Part shown: one piece after another, positions 10,850-24,368 of the stretch
How the letters are laid out: each line of letters begins with the position of its first letter
Numbering within the stretch: position 1 is the stretch's first letter
Assembly (NCBI RefSeq): GCF_001194135.2
Contig: NC_068986.1
Location: 26,975,076 to 27,015,815 of the forward strand
Direction of reading: 5' to 3'
Origin: Octopus bimaculoides
Lineage: Eukaryota
Length of the DNA: 40,740 nt
Position numbers and translations under genes: made by a program
Notes under the pieces: model-generated
Seen by the model: only the letters and a program-made list of their open reading frames with translations
The model's database searches: none
Told to the model about the DNA's origin: nothing

Positions 10850-11211
10850 CTTTCCTATGCTTGCATGGATCAGATGGAATTTGTTAAGGCAGATTTTCTT
10901 ATAGCTAATTGCTCTTCCTGTCACTGAAACCCTTGTCTTTTTCCAAGCAAGGTAATATTTTCCTATAGCTAGATGTGCTATTTACTGAAAACTGGAACTA
11001 GACATCACCTGCAAGATATGATGTTTATTTAAACTCTCACAGAATTTCCTGACAAAGATTTCTTTCAGCTCCCTTCTACTAAATTCACAAAACTTTAATT
11101 GGTTTGGTGCTGTAGTAGAAAATACTTGCCCAAGGTGCCATGCAGTGGGACTGAACCCAAGACTCCAAGGTCAGGAAGCAAACTTTTTAACCACACAGCC
11201 ATGCCTGCACC
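10850..11211 (-). mobile_element. SINE, family B, near full length
   Basis: cttgcccaaggtgccatgcagtgggactgaaccc...aagcaaactttttaaccacacagccatgcctgcacc is the reverse complement of the family B head. Confidence 0.8.
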
Positions 11212-11532
11212 TTACTTTATTTGATTAAAAAAAAAAAAAAAACCCACTGAAGTTTTGTCATATTAGATCTTAGTTGGTGAAATTAATTAAAAAAGCTTAC
11301 TTGAGTTCCTATACTTATTTGTGTACTGTGTAGCGAATTGAATGACTGATGGCATTGGTGATTGTAAACTGAGAGTAATGTCTGTTTTATCAGCTAGGTA
11401 AATGGAAATCAGCACAATATGGATTGAGATTTATTGCAGACCTCTAACTACTTAAATACTGCACCCCTTTATGCTGTGATTATCTTTCAACAATTATTTG
11501 GTAACATCAAGTTATTATTAGGTATGCTCAGT

Positions 11533-11536
<4 letters not shown>

Positions 11537-11564
<28 letters not shown>
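11537..11564. repeat. (GCT)n trinucleotide repeat
   Basis: Directly visible. Confidence 0.95.
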
Positions 11565-11565
<1 letters not shown>

Positions 11566-11769
11566 ATTTCTGAATATTATTGCAATAACTTCTATATAAA
11601 ACTTAGATGGGCTTGGTTTTAATTAGACAGAGATAATTTATCATTATCTACATTATGTAACATTTTTGTTAAAATGTTATCAAGAAATAGTAAAAGCAAA
11701 CAATAGCTTCATTTCGCATTTAAAATTTTTCATTATTGTTTTCTTTGCTGTTAATTGTCTTTTATTTTC

Positions 11770-11810
<41 letters not shown>

Positions 11811-12141
11811 TTCTTGTTCTTCATGTTATTTAATAAATTTCTGTATTTGTGTAAATGAGTAAATGAACATTAAATGTTTTCAGCTGATTAAATGCTTTTA
11901 AAATTGCACTGTTAGAAGTTGATTGCATAATTTGATGTTCTCCATTAAACTTGATGTCACTTCATTGTGATAATTTTCTGCTTATCAAGATAACAACAGC
12001 AGTGTTAGCCAGGTTTTGGTAGGGAATCTTGTGGCTAGGGATTAACTCCAATATGTGAAAGACTGCATGTGAGTTCATTACTAACAGGGATCATAGATTT
12101 GATGAATCATTGTAGATTCTAGAAGAAGTATTCCACACAAG

Positions 12142-12361
12142 TTTAGCATTTAAACTGACTTTACCTGGCTGAAATATTCTACCTGTTCTATGCTCATACC
12201 AGCCAGAACTGGCTTTTCCAACTATCCTCCAATGTCATTCTAAAAATAAACAATCACATCATTGAGATCTTGAAGCTACAAAATAATGCGTGATTAATTT
12301 AAAATATTGTGAATAAATATGCATTACATTTGACAGAGTAATCTGAATGCTAAAGAGTTAA
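12142..12361. mobile_element. MITE, family D (left end eroded)
   Basis: tttagcatttaaactg...aatctgaatgctaaagagTTAA, collinear with 10619-10843. Confidence 0.8.
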
Positions 12362-12593
12362 ACCTTAGTTGGTGCATGGTTTTCAATCATTTTCGCTTCT
12401 GGAGTAAAACTACAACTGCTTTAATGTATTTTATTGGCTTTTCTTGGGTATCTCAACTAAAATTTTCTAAATCTCTTTGCTTTGTTTCCATGTAGATTTA
12501 ATAGGCCTAAGTTTTGTTCTTTGTAGCAACTTCCTATTGGTCAATATACAAGAAATTAATAGATGATGATGGCTCTGCCTGTCTCTCATATAT

Positions 12594-12598
<5 letters not shown>

Positions 12599-12638
<40 letters not shown>

Positions 12639-12648
12639 NNNNNNNNNN

Positions 12649-12694
<46 letters not shown>

Positions 12695-12908
12695 ATAAAT
12701 CAGTGCTGATATCATTCTGTTGCTACTCAGTTTTGTCTCTTGACCATGTTACACCACTAAACTCTGAGTAATAACAGATGGTAATTTCACCACTACAATA
12801 AATATTTACTCTCTAATTTTGTATTGTACTTTTTCCTCTCGTTTGTAAACTCAAATGCACACACACACACACACATTTTAACTATCTTAGATATATGTTA
12901 TTGAACCT

Positions 12909-12960
<52 letters not shown>
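12599..12960. repeat. (TA)n with a 10-nt gap (12639-12648) and (CA)n arrays
   Basis: Directly visible. Confidence 0.9.
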
Positions 12961-12963
<3 letters not shown>

Positions 12964-13424
12964 TGCAGTGTTATGTAGGACAGAGTCATTGGGAGCTGTT
13001 TCTTTGAACTGCACCCCTGGTGAGTTCAACAAGTCATGTTCAGAATCAATTAAATAAGATGGATTGAATGGTATAATTTAATTGGATTTCTGAAAAGTAG
13101 GAACTTTCTCTCAGCATTTCAATGTGTAACCTAGTTTCATTCTCAGTGAACAGACATGCGACTCAGATATTTGATCAAATAACCATGTGTGATCCACAGA
13201 TCCAGTCCGCCAAATGCATTTTGCCTTAACTAAATTTTATAATAACCTGCTCTCTTTGATGTATTGTTTTTTTTTTATTATTGAGATTGCAGTACGGTAG
13301 TTTTCGTCATTTCTTTTACTCCATTACCAAATATATTCCTTTACACCTGTAGGTCTTTTGGTGTGACACACATGTGAACTTAGTTGGAATGTGACTCTTA
13401 TTTTTATCATTCTTTATTTTAGTT

Positions 13425-13595
13425 AAGGCAGCGAGCTGGTACAATCACATTTTGTCAGTCTTCATGTTCTGAGGTCAAGTTCTGCTGAGGTTGACTTTGC
13501 TTTCAAGTGCCAGTTGAGCACTGGCGTCAATGTAACCAACTAGCCCTCTCCACTACAGATTTCAGGCCTTGCTCCTATTATAGAAAGGATTATTC
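13425..13595 (+). mobile_element. SINE, family C
   Basis: aaggcagcgagctgg...gttctgaggtcaagttctgctgaggttgactttgc...atttcaggccttg, matching 17275-17490. Confidence 0.75.
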
Positions 13596-14371
13596 TTCAG
13601 TGGTCTCTATGTGGAATTCATCACAGAACATTTGTTAGGGGTTAATTAAATCATTTACAGCAATGACTGTGTTAACATTATTTTCTCCATTTCTGGAGAG
13701 TGTTCATGTGAGATTTTGGTGTTATAATTTGTCTGCTTGTATGAGTGTGAGTTTTGTGTTTCGATATCCCTACATTTGACATTGGTGCTATTTGTTTGCT
13801 GATTGGTGGTGACATGTATGTTGATTTGCACATTTTCATCTGTCAACCTTTTATTGTTCAACTGATGTACTAGCTGTGATTACTGGACTTATTTGTATGT
13901 GTGTGTGATCTAATGTATTTAGGGCTGAATTTTCCAGTATGTCTTCTCATTTCATGGGAGATTTGGCTACCAAGTCTAGCAAGTTAAATCGGCTGATGAT
14001 TGTCTTCAAACATGCCAGTAGTGAAGGAGGAGAGAAACTTGTTTAAATAGGATGGCTTGCTGCTGCAGATATATCTATACTGTTACCGAAATCTCTATTG
14101 ACTCAGAGAATTCACTGCCATTTATTACTATCATTGTAACTGTTGCCGTCACTGCTCATGACATCACTGTTACTACTATCACCAATACCACCACTACCAC
14201 CTCTGTTGTTATGTAGATCTTATAGGGGGAGAAAAAAAAAACATTAGCTGGTAGTGTTGAAGATGGTGTACATAAGTTTTACTTTAAAATGACTAGTTTC
14301 ACATAGCCAAGAGCATTTTACCACTTCAGGCATAAATACTTTATATATTTTTTATTCTGCATTGATGTATT

Positions 14372-14377
14372 ATTACA

Positions 14378-14450
<73 letters not shown>

Positions 14451-14468
14451 TAACTACCACCACTACTA
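14372..14468. repeat. (TAC)n trinucleotide microsatellite
   Basis: Directly visible; source of the poly-Tyr ORF. Confidence 0.97.
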
Positions 14469-15374
14469 CTGCTGCTGCATTTGGCTCTTATTTATTTTCT
14501 GTTTGTATATTCATTTTATATATATGCTTCCCTATATATTAACTGTTTTCCTTTTTATTCTCTATGTGTTTCTTTATATAGAAATGTATTGATTGAAGTA
14601 GCATTTACTTCTATTTGGTGAAATAACAAGTTGAGGACTTGACATCGAAGTATAAGTAGGTGTGTGTGTGTGTGTGTGTGTGCACATGTATATTTTCATT
14701 CACGCATATGTAAGTGTGCGTGGGGAGGGGGTGGGTGGATATAATGCATGCATGCAATGATGGATATTATGAAGTTTTGAATACACTGTCGCTGACATTA
14801 CAGACAAGAAACTTGTTGTAATAATGTAAACTTAACAGAAATTTTGTACATGTAAGCGGATGGTTGTTGGTGGCAGTGTTTTTGTGTGTGCGTATATGTG
14901 TGTGTGTGAAGAATTAGATAAATATGAAGTTTTGCAAGTATATTAGAAGCGCCCCCCCCCTCCATTTTTTTTGCTATCTCAATAGTTGTAATATTTTTAG
15001 TAAAGCAACTGACTTACTTCAGTCTTTCTTAAGATATTGCATAATAGTTTAGATGAAAGCAGAGTGCACTGCGAAGGAAGACTACTGTTATGTTTTCCAC
15101 AGTTTCTCTAAAGAATCTTAATAGATGCTTTGGCAGACATGGAGTGTCTTTTATTTGTAGCCGTTATTGCTCATTGTGGCATCCGTGGTGTGAAGGAAAG
15201 CTTGTAGAGAGCTGAGCCTACAATCAAGTCTTTAGTCCACACATTTCATGTCACATGTGTGTCTAACACTCTTTAGAAATGCAATTTCATCTCTTCTGTT
15301 CATCTGAAACCTTGGTGTTTTGTAAGGAATTAAGTTATGGTGTGATTAGTTTATATGGGAATCGAATTTAATAC

Positions 15375-15627
15375 CTTGGCACGTAAAATACACCATTCTG
15401 AGTGTGGCCGTTGCCAGTGCCGCCTGCCTGGCCTTCGTGCCGGTGGCACGTAAAAGCACCCACTACACTCTCGGAGTGGTTGGCGTTAGGAAGGGCATCC
15501 AGCTGTAGAAACTCTGCCAAATCAGATTGGAGCCTGGTGTAGCCATCTGGTTCACCAGTCCTCAGTGAAATCGTCCAACCCATGCTAGCATGGAAAGCGG
15601 ACGTTAAACGATGATGATGATGATGAT
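15375..15627 (+). mobile_element. SINE-like repeat, family A (young copy)
   Basis: Near-identical to 147-335, ending gacgttaaacgatgatgatgatgatgat. Confidence 0.85.
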
Positions 15628-15630
15628 TCA

Positions 15631-16279
15631 TTAACCCTTTCTTGTTGTCATATGAAGAACGCAAACATAGCTTAGTGGTTGAGAAGCTTGTTTACCAACC
15701 ATGTGGTTATGAGTTCAGTCCCACTGTGTGGCACCTTGAATGAGTGTCTTCTATTATAGTTCTGGATCAATGGTGAGTGGATCTGGTAGATGGAAACTGA
15801 AAGAAGCCTACCATGTGTCCATGTGTGGTTGCATGTACCCTTGTCCCAACATTGTGTGATGGTTGTAAATGAGGAATGACTCATACAAACAATAATGTCT
15901 GTTTCTTGTCTTCTGTGAAAACCATGTCTGGTCAAGGGGGGAATTTTGCCTTACTTGAAGGTTGATGACAGGAAGGGGCTTTCTGCCATAGAAAACCTAC
16001 CTCAATGAAGGGTATCTGACTGATACGAGCACGGAAATACCAGGCATTGAAATGGTGTCGATGATTTATGGTGGGATTCACTGTCCATGTGCAATTTAGC
16101 ACAAAAAAGATAAAAACCTATTTATTATTAAACTGTTGTTTGGAACAGAATTTTGAAAAAAAATGTTCTGTAATAAAATAGTAAGAGCAGGCTTAAGCAT
16201 ATATACAAACACTTGCTTGGTTTATATGTATTGCAGAACCAAAGGCCAGTTTCAGGTAGTCTGATATCAAAAGAGTTAA
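15631..16279. mobile_element. TTAA-ended MITE, family E, split by a nested family B SINE
   Basis: Left end TTAAccctttcttgttgtcatat; right end cagaaccaaaggccagtttcaggtagtctgatatcaaaagagTTAA. The right end is the reverse complement of the 24369 element's left end. Confidence 0.6.
15661..16065 (+). mobile_element. SINE, family B, full length, nested in a MITE
   Basis: cttagtggttgagaagcttgtttaccaaccatgtggttatgagttcagtcccactgtgtggcacc (A/B-box-like head) through ...gaaatggtgtcgatgat tail. Confidence 0.8.
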
Positions 16280-16386
16280 ACCTGGACCTGTCAGATGCAT
16301 TGCATTGTGTACTATTTTGTTGAATGGTTGATACTTCGAAAGATCATATGCCAAATAACAGTTCACACTGTAACATGGAAAAACCA

Positions 16387-16420
<34 letters not shown>

Positions 16421-16436
16421 GCAGTGGTGGTGGTGG
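16387..16436. repeat. (GAT)n/(GGT)n microsatellite
   Basis: Directly visible. Confidence 0.95.
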
Positions 16437-17233
16437 TAACTGTTACCTTAATATTTTCCTTGTTCTGCATATTGCATTTGGCAGTAGTTTTTCTCAAGAT
16501 TGGAGGCCCTGAAATTCAGAATGTGACTGATTTTATTTCGGCTTCAGTTACACTTACTTTTCTTACTTGTCTAAGATTCCTCTTCTCTCTGTGACGGTTT
16601 ATTTCAGATAATCTATTTTTCTAGATTGGTTGGCTTTTCCATGGCATAAAGAAGATTGCTCCTGCATTGAATCTAGAAAAATCATTGACTAGTGAACAAA
16701 CAAACAATAAATACATATATGTCCGTGTTACTTTAAGGTTTTAGTTTCTTATTTTTTGTATGCTAACGTTCCACACATAATATCCTTTGCACAATAGACA
16801 TGTGATACTTCTACATTGATTTACTCTTGTTCTTCTCTCACTTTTTTGTTGTTGTTCTCTACGTATTACAATAAATTCTTTTCATGAAGAGCAAGTCGAT
16901 ATAGATTCTCCTAATTTGTAGGATTCAGAAAAACCTAAAAAAGAAGAAGAAAAAAAAATTTAACACTTTTTTTTTATTTAAACCTGAACATAAAAATGAT
17001 AAAACATGGGATTCGTTCTCATTGAAAGCAAAGGTTGTCTCCATCATTTTACTTCTTTATTTCAAATGTGTTTTACAAGTAACAAATAACTAATTGGTTA
17101 AGTGCACTTTATACACAATTCTTTCTCTATAAAATTGTTTATGTTCCTTTTGAACATACAGTTTACTTGGTTGTCACCTTTGTTGTCACAGGATTTTCTG
17201 CATGTTTTCTCTCATCCAAATTTAGAGGTTTTG

Positions 17234-17234
17234 A

Positions 17235-17273
<39 letters not shown>
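17234..17273. repeat. (ATT)n microsatellite
   Basis: Directly visible, immediately 5' of a family C SINE. Confidence 0.95.
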
Positions 17274-17274
<1 letters not shown>

Positions 17275-17276
<2 letters not shown>

Positions 17277-17490
17277 AGGTGGCGAGGTGGCAGAATCTGT
17301 CTGGTGTGCCAGCTCGCACACCAGACAAAATGCTTCGCAGTATTTCATCTGTCTTTATGTTCTGAGTTCAAATTCCACCGAGGTTGACTTTGCCTTTCAT
17401 CCTTTTGGGATCGATAAATTAAGTACCAGTGAAATTGACTAGTCCCCTCCCCCTAGATTTCAGGCCTTGTGCCTTTAGTATAATGGATTA
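17275..17490 (+). mobile_element. SINE, family C
   Basis: aaggtggcgaggtggcagaa...gttctgagttcaaattccaccgaggttgactttgcctttcatcc...aagtaccagt. Confidence 0.85.
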
Positions 17491-17519
17491 TTATTATTGT
17501 TGTTGTTGTTATTATTAGA

Positions 17520-17740
17520 AAAGGAAGAGCTGGTAGAATCATTAGGATGCTGGACAAAATGCTTCATGGTGTTTTGCTTGTCTTTATGCTCTGAACTCAA
17601 ATTCCATTGAGGTCAACTTTTGCCTTTTATCTATTTGGAGTTGATAAGATAAGTACCAGTTGAGCACTGTGGTCAATGTAATCGACTTACTCTGTCCTGT
17701 CCCCTGAAATTGCTGGCCTTGTGTCAAAATTTAAAACCGT
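17520..17740 (+). mobile_element. SINE, family C (second tandem copy)
   Basis: gagctggtagaatc...ctctgaactcaaattccattgaggtcaacttt...aagtaccagttgagcactgtggtcaatgtaatcgac. Confidence 0.8.
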
Positions 17741-18289
17741 TATTATTTGAGTAGGATTTGTCAGACACACATTTGTTTGCTGTTTGGCCCCCCCCCCCCA
17801 AAAAAAACAATCAGATTATACAGATTATATGCTGATCATTTTACACTGATGTTTTGTGAATGTTGTTCATTGGAAAGTAGGGTTATTATTTCTGATTGCT
17901 GTTTGACCTCCTTATTAACAAGACGAGCACTATTTTTAAATGCTTGTTATCAGGCATTGAAAACATGGCAACTGAGACAAAAAGTATGCTCCTAAAATTT
18001 CATTCTGAAAAAGATAACACAGACATTTATACATAAAAGCTACACAGAAAAAAAATGCAATTTTCAGAGCAAAGTGCATGTTTTAATGCACAAAATAGTG
18101 TTACTCAAGATTTTAAACAGAATAAACACACTCTTTTCTTGCGCTGCTCGCAATAAGGAGATTTTAGATTTGATGTGACCATCCAGGAATAAGAATATGG
18201 AACCAAAACACACTCACACACAAAAGCCTAGACTTTTTATTCAAAAGTAACTTTCTCTGCTTCACAAAGGAAGGAGGGAATTTTCAGTT

Positions 18290-18660
18290 ATACCCAGAAG
18301 AACATTTGAAGAAGGCTCTTGCCTTTGTGATTTTCATCGACCTGGGCAAAGTGTATGAAAATGTTTGTGTGATTTTCGAGGCTGCAGGTATGGTGTGATG
18401 ACTAGCCACATTCATGCATTATTTCCCTGCTCTCAGGCTTGTACTACAATGTATTAATCAGTAGAACAAAAGGGGGTAGTAGTCAAGCACATTAGAAGTG
18501 ATACTGTCCTTTTAGCTTCTTGTCACCTTTGTAAAATGATGCATACAGTTGGTGAATGGCAACTAAAAAACACCATACACTCAGCAGGAGTTAACCCACA
18601 GGACCACCTTGAATCTATGCCCTATTATGGACATGGAAGGACAAGTTTAACTAATACATG
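18290..18660 (+). mobile_element. Highly decayed LINE reverse-transcriptase fragment (RTE/CR1-like)
   Basis: Translation ...HLKKALAFVIFIDLGKVYENV resembles the non-LTR RT motif F(V/I)DL(E/T)KA(F/Y)D(R/S)V. Downstream motifs are barely recognisable. Confidence 0.35.
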
Positions 18661-18754
18661 TGTGGCAGTAAGGGCAATCTGTGAGGCTACTGTTTGGTGT
18701 GCTCACTCCTCCTCTTTGCGGATAAATTGTGACTAAGGCTTGGTGGAAGATTTT

Positions 18755-18832
18755 AATTCAGAACTTTTGAAAACAAAGCATTTGTACTACAGAGCCAGAG
18801 GCAGTTTCAGGTGGGTTGGTATCAAAAGGGTT
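18755..18832. mobile_element. Right end of a family E MITE
   Basis: gagccagaggcagtttcaggtgggttggtatcaaaagggtt matches 16235-16279. Confidence 0.65.
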
Positions 18833-18965
18833 CTGAGTTCAAAATCCTGTTGAGGTTGACTTTTGCTTTTTATCCTTCTGGGGGCAATAAAATACAGTAA
18901 TAGTCAAATACTAGGGTTGATTTAATCAACGTACACCTCTCCTTAAAATTACTGTCATTGTATCT
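18831..18965 (+). mobile_element. 5'-truncated family C SINE fused to the MITE end
   Basis: ttctgagttcaaaatcctgttgaggttgacttttgc...tagggttgatttaatcaac. Confidence 0.7.
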
Positions 18966-19010
18966 AAATTAGAAATTTTTTTTTAAAAATCTTTGTTTGA
19001 TTTAATAGTT

Positions 19011-19696
19011 NNNNNNNNNNNNNNNNNNNNNNNNNNNNNNNNNNNNNNNNNNNNNNNNNNNNNNNNNNNNNNNNNNNNNNNNNNNNNNNNNNNNNNNNNN
19101 NNNNNNNNNNNNNNNNNNNNNNNNNNNNNNNNNNNNNNNNNNNNNNNNNNNNNNNNNNNNNNNNNNNNNNNNNNNNNNNNNNNNNNNNNNNNNNNNNNNN
19201 NNNNNNNNNNNNNNNNNNNNNNNNNNNNNNNNNNNNNNNNNNNNNNNNNNNNNNNNNNNNNNNNNNNNNNNNNNNNNNNNNNNNNNNNNNNNNNNNNNNN
19301 NNNNNNNNNNNNNNNNNNNNNNNNNNNNNNNNNNNNNNNNNNNNNNNNNNNNNNNNNNNNNNNNNNNNNNNNNNNNNNNNNNNNNNNNNNNNNNNNNNNN
19401 NNNNNNNNNNNNNNNNNNNNNNNNNNNNNNNNNNNNNNNNNNNNNNNNNNNNNNNNNNNNNNNNNNNNNNNNNNNNNNNNNNNNNNNNNNNNNNNNNNNN
19501 NNNNNNNNNNNNNNNNNNNNNNNNNNNNNNNNNNNNNNNNNNNNNNNNNNNNNNNNNNNNNNNNNNNNNNNNNNNNNNNNNNNNNNNNNNNNNNNNNNNN
19601 NNNNNNNNNNNNNNNNNNNNNNNNNNNNNNNNNNNNNNNNNNNNNNNNNNNNNNNNNNNNNNNNNNNNNNNNNNNNNNNNNNNNNNNNNNNNNNNN
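19011..19696. other. Assembly gap (N), followed by (CA)n at 19697-19748
   Basis: Run of N. Confidence 1.
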
Positions 19697-19750
<54 letters not shown>

Positions 19751-20380
19751 TCACACACATACAAGTAATAGAAAATGAAACAGAAATAAAAAGAACAACC
19801 AAATAGAAACCAAGAAACAAGCAAACAAATGGAGCAAAGAGACATTTTATTTAACACAGAAATTATAGCAACAAAACACCAAGATCACACTTGCCGAGTC
19901 GATTCTGTATGAAGTAATAAGTAACATTTTTATTACCTTACTAAACGATGCTTTATTTTTAATTCTTTTTTAATTTCATTTATTTTATTTTTTTACCCTT
20001 TCATTCTTCACTCTACCCCCCATGCATTCCATTTATATTATTCCTTTATTTTGTGTTTTCCTATATATGTGTGTGAGTACTCAATATACATACACAAATA
20101 TATTAATTTTTTTTTTTTATATTTATGTCTTTAATTTACTTCATGTTGCAAGAAGTGGTGCCGGAGGAGCTGTCTGTATTGATATGAGTTTCCTTTATAA
20201 TTGGTATTGGTATGCCTTATCACCACATATACTGCTGAATATAAAATATTCAGCTATAATGGTTTGTTGCTGGCAATTATAATTCCTTTTTTTTTCTTCT
20301 TTAATTTTTCGGACAAAGCAATTACGTTAGTAAGTGCATTGTGTTAATGAAAGATGAGTGTAATTGATGAAAACTATTAA

Positions 20381-20384
<4 letters not shown>

Positions 20385-20446
<62 letters not shown>
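20385..20446. repeat. (CA)n microsatellite
   Basis: Directly visible. Confidence 0.97.
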
Positions 20447-20451
<5 letters not shown>

Positions 20452-20879
20452 AACAAAATGAGCAACAAAATGAAAATATATTGAGGATGGTAAGAGAAAA
20501 AGAAACTGTAAAATTTGCCAATAATCTTGATTCTTCAACTCCGTCCCCTGTCTCCCACACACCTCTTCCAATATTATTGTGCAATAGTGGAATATGTCTT
20601 ATGGACTATTTATTTACATAACACTTCTTTCTTAATTTTCCTACATTCATGAAAGAATAATAGAATTGGCTTGGAAATTATGAATGGTTCTTCAGTCTTA
20701 TTCATTCAATACAGATGTTCATTTTGAAACAGGCTGTACATAAATATGTGTCGACATACATATACACACATACACATGTATGTTTATACATTTATGAATT
20801 GTGTGTGTGTGTGTTTATATATATATTTATTTACACACACACTCACACCTGTACTTACATCACTGATTACAAGTCATTC

Positions 20880-21010
20880 TTTTTGCTTTGCTCCAGGCTC
20901 AGACCAGCTCTGATTGATCAAAAGCAAGCATTTCAGTTACAATTATCCCATCATCATGTTTCTTTCCAAGACAATCTATTTAGGACTACATTATCTAACG
21001 CATCCATCAA
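20880..21010 (-). mobile_element. Interspersed repeat, family G
   Basis: gatcaaaagcaagcatttcag...aggactacattatctaacgcatcc corresponds in reverse complement to 40005-40090 (gacacattgaattatgtcctag...gaatgcctttgactatagg). Confidence 0.5.
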
Positions 21011-23356
21011 TTTCTGCGTATCACATGTAATACAAAAGACTTATTTCTTTGGTCTACATGCATCCTATAATGATACACATCCCTAATTGTTTTCGAAGGC
21101 AAATCTATATTACTCAGAACATAAACAGGTTTACAGTGTGTATAAATTTTCAGAATTATTGGAGACTAATTGTTCATGCTGGTGAGGATTTGTAAATTTG
21201 ATAGTTTACATGGAAGCAAATGAATAGTTTTAAGTATTGCAGTTTAATGAATATAACAAATTTTAAAATTTGTTTTGCTGATAACAAAATGGATTTATAA
21301 AACGGATTTGTGTGTCGCAGAATTGTTGAATTTATTATATGGACATGATGAGTCTAGTTAGTGATTCCATGTCAATCTCTGAGGAAGAACTCTCAGTGAA
21401 ATATCTGCTGTAATATGAGGGGAGTGAGGAGTGAAAGGTATGGGATATGCTCTGTTTGTAATGGAGACTTGTTTAGCTTGACTAATTTGATAGTTGGGAA
21501 TTCTCATCTGGTTGTTATTGATCAGAGTATAGTATAAATTTTGGTGTATGATGAATACTAGACACAACACTGTATTGGAGTTGTGATAAATTAGTAACCA
21601 CGTTAGAGGGTGATCAAAGAAATCTCAGACCTTTGTACTTTGGAGAGAAAAAAAATCTGAGAATTTAGTATAAACAGAAATTTGGTGTTAATGGTGATAG
21701 AGGCTGCTAGCATGGAAAGAAAAATACATTAAATATATTAAAATAATAGGTTATTTAATGGCTGGGAATATCAGTTCTTGATATGGCTGGAACTTTAGAA
21801 AATTTGTTTGAGCACTAAATATGTAAAGGTTATGTCTATCTTGCGAATTGGATTAGAACAATGTTTTACTAAGTAGTTAGTGTGGTTGTAATTATTGTAA
21901 TTTGTTACCATGACTAATGAAGTAAGTAATGATTTTGGACTTTTGTTTTTTATTCTGGGAAATAGGGGTAAAAAAAAAAAAGAATAAAAAAATTCGAGGG
22001 GTGTCTTTTCGTTACTGCTCTTTTCTTGTGAAAAAAAGAATAATAAATGGTCAAAAGATATAATCACTGTCCTTTTGGACACCTAAGAGAAACATTATGT
22101 AAATTCTTTTTTATGCTATTGATGATGGATGAGGTAATGTTGATGATGATGATGGTGGTGAGGAGGAAAAGAAAAAATGATGATGATATGTATATGATTA
22201 ATAGTTATGACAGAGCCAATCTACAGATGATGATTATAGTTGATGCTAATGATAGTCACTGGGGTGGGGTTCTAGTGCTGGTTTGTCCAGATGGCAATAA
22301 TATTTGTTACAATTTTGAAGGTAATGATTCAGATAATTGTTGTGTGAGTGTGTGTGTGTGTGTGTTTTGTTTTTTAATGGTGATAGTAGTCATGGTGATA
22401 ACAATAATCATAGTGGTGCTGGTTCTCATGACCAATTTTCAATTTGAAAGTTGTTGTCGTAATACTTGTAATTATGAAGTTGTGTTTTGCTGATCATGAT
22501 GTTGGTTCAATGCTCATGGTGGTTTCCCACCTCCCAAACTCTCCTATTCTTTGCTTTCGCCTGCCTGCTTTGCTCATTCTGTTGTTTTATATGTTTGACT
22601 GTGTCATGGTGGTTTGTTCATATAGACTCAACCTAGTTAATCTTCTTAGTACCAAATTCTTTCCTTACATCTATATCACCAGCTTTATATAAAATGCACT
22701 GTTTCATGATTGAATGAACAAAATAAAACTACAGTTTTAAAACTCCTATTCCTTTAGGTACTTGTTTTTTTTCTCTCCCCCATCTATGGCAGTCTGTTAC
22801 AATACACATGGGTGAATTCTGCGTTATGTGTACATGCATGGTGGATCATTTAAATTTAGATGTTCTTCTCTTTGCAACTCTATAGCATTGTTTCATCACT
22901 GTTGTTGTTGTTGTTGTTGGGGAGGGGTGGACAGTCTGTTTGGTGCTGCTTAGGGAATCTACGTATACAGTAAATAGTATCATTTTTGTAAGTGATCTTG
23001 TTCATGCAGAGTCTACCCAGCATAAATAGCAATAGTATCTGGAATAAGAGTTCACTTGAATCATTTTACAGGTGGAATTGTGTTTTGTTAGTCTTTCCAG
23101 CCATGGCGTATGTACAGGAAGACAATTGATCTAAACATTAGTTCTTTGAAACTAAACTCTCAGGTTTATCCTGTTCTTGGAGATGGAACCAAGTAATTTT
23201 TTTTCTTTCTCTTTAGTTCAGTAAACCTTATCAGTAGATCTGCCAAATTAATTATCTGTAACAGATCTGCAAAAATATTTTATTTACTTCTTGATGCTTT
23301 TCTCTGTGTGTGTGTGTGTGTTTGTGCATGAGAGAAAGAGAATGTCCTCCACCCCC

Positions 23357-23361
<5 letters not shown>

Positions 23362-23405
<44 letters not shown>
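23362..23405. repeat. (TA)n microsatellite
   Basis: Directly visible. Confidence 0.95.
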
Positions 23406-23407
<2 letters not shown>

Positions 23408-24368
23408 TAATGATTTTCAAAATTTGGAACATACCTTATTGCTTCTAGCCAATCAGATGTATTACTTCAAATTTAGTATTACTGATAAAAGATTCTTAGT
23501 CAAACCATTTGTCAGTCATTCAGACTGGGACAAAGTTTAGTTAATGGAATTTAGAGACAGCTGTGAACTTCTGAACATGTGGCCAACATTCCTTCCATAT
23601 TAATAACTATTTGCAAATTTTAATATATTTAAGCTTGCATGAGAGGGAAAATGGTCAAGCTGATAGATTAGTGAACAACATGCCAAAAACCTGGTGGTTT
23701 GTGTCCTAACACCAAGCTGACATATGACCATGGCTGCTCTCATGGTTGAGTTCATCTGTCTTCAAGTAGATGATGTAGTGTTACTGTAACACTATAGGAT
23801 AGATATTTTGTTGGGTTGCAGTGCTATACTTAATTCTGCTTGCAGGAAAATTAAGTATAATAATAGTTAGTGTTCTCCCATTCAAGAGAAGATTTAACTC
23901 CTTCATTTATACACTAAAAAAACCCAGCATTAAGCAGTGGCTCAATGGGTCCTCATGATTTAGCAAAGGCTTTTTTTCTTTCATTTTGAAAATACTTATG
24001 ACTTGCATCTGTATTCACAGCAGAGTCCCCTTAAATCTTAAAATTTCATTAACCTAGTTCACTTAGGTATAATTCCTACCATCAGTTGATACCATTCACC
24101 ACCATAAGTATCAGTGAGCACAGTATAAAGTGATGAGAAATTTGTTAACATTGAGTCTCAAGATCAAATCTCAACATATCTATAAACTCTGGCAACCTGA
24201 CACATTCTTCCCATATATATCAAAATAGTCTTTGTTAGTTTCCCTCTGATAATTTATTCAATTATTTGGATAAACTTTTTTTAAAAATTGTCATAAGAGA
24301 TAAAACAAATCATAAAACTGTTTTTGAAAGTTTTGATAAAGCTAAATCCATCAAGCCACAAAGACGGT

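Noticed and set aside
11440-11521. Possible exon TSNYLNTAPLYAVIIFQQLFGNIKLLL
   Set aside because: The acceptor lacks a pyrimidine tract and it abuts a (GCT)n repeat.
12979-13019. 41-nt segment ending in a strong CTG|GTGAGT donor
   Set aside because: The upstream acceptor sits in a (CA)n tract with no pyrimidine run, and the length is not a multiple of 3.
17954-17983. 30-nt microexon candidate ALKTWQLRQK
   Set aside because: The donor AAA|GTATGC is mediocre and there is no independent support.
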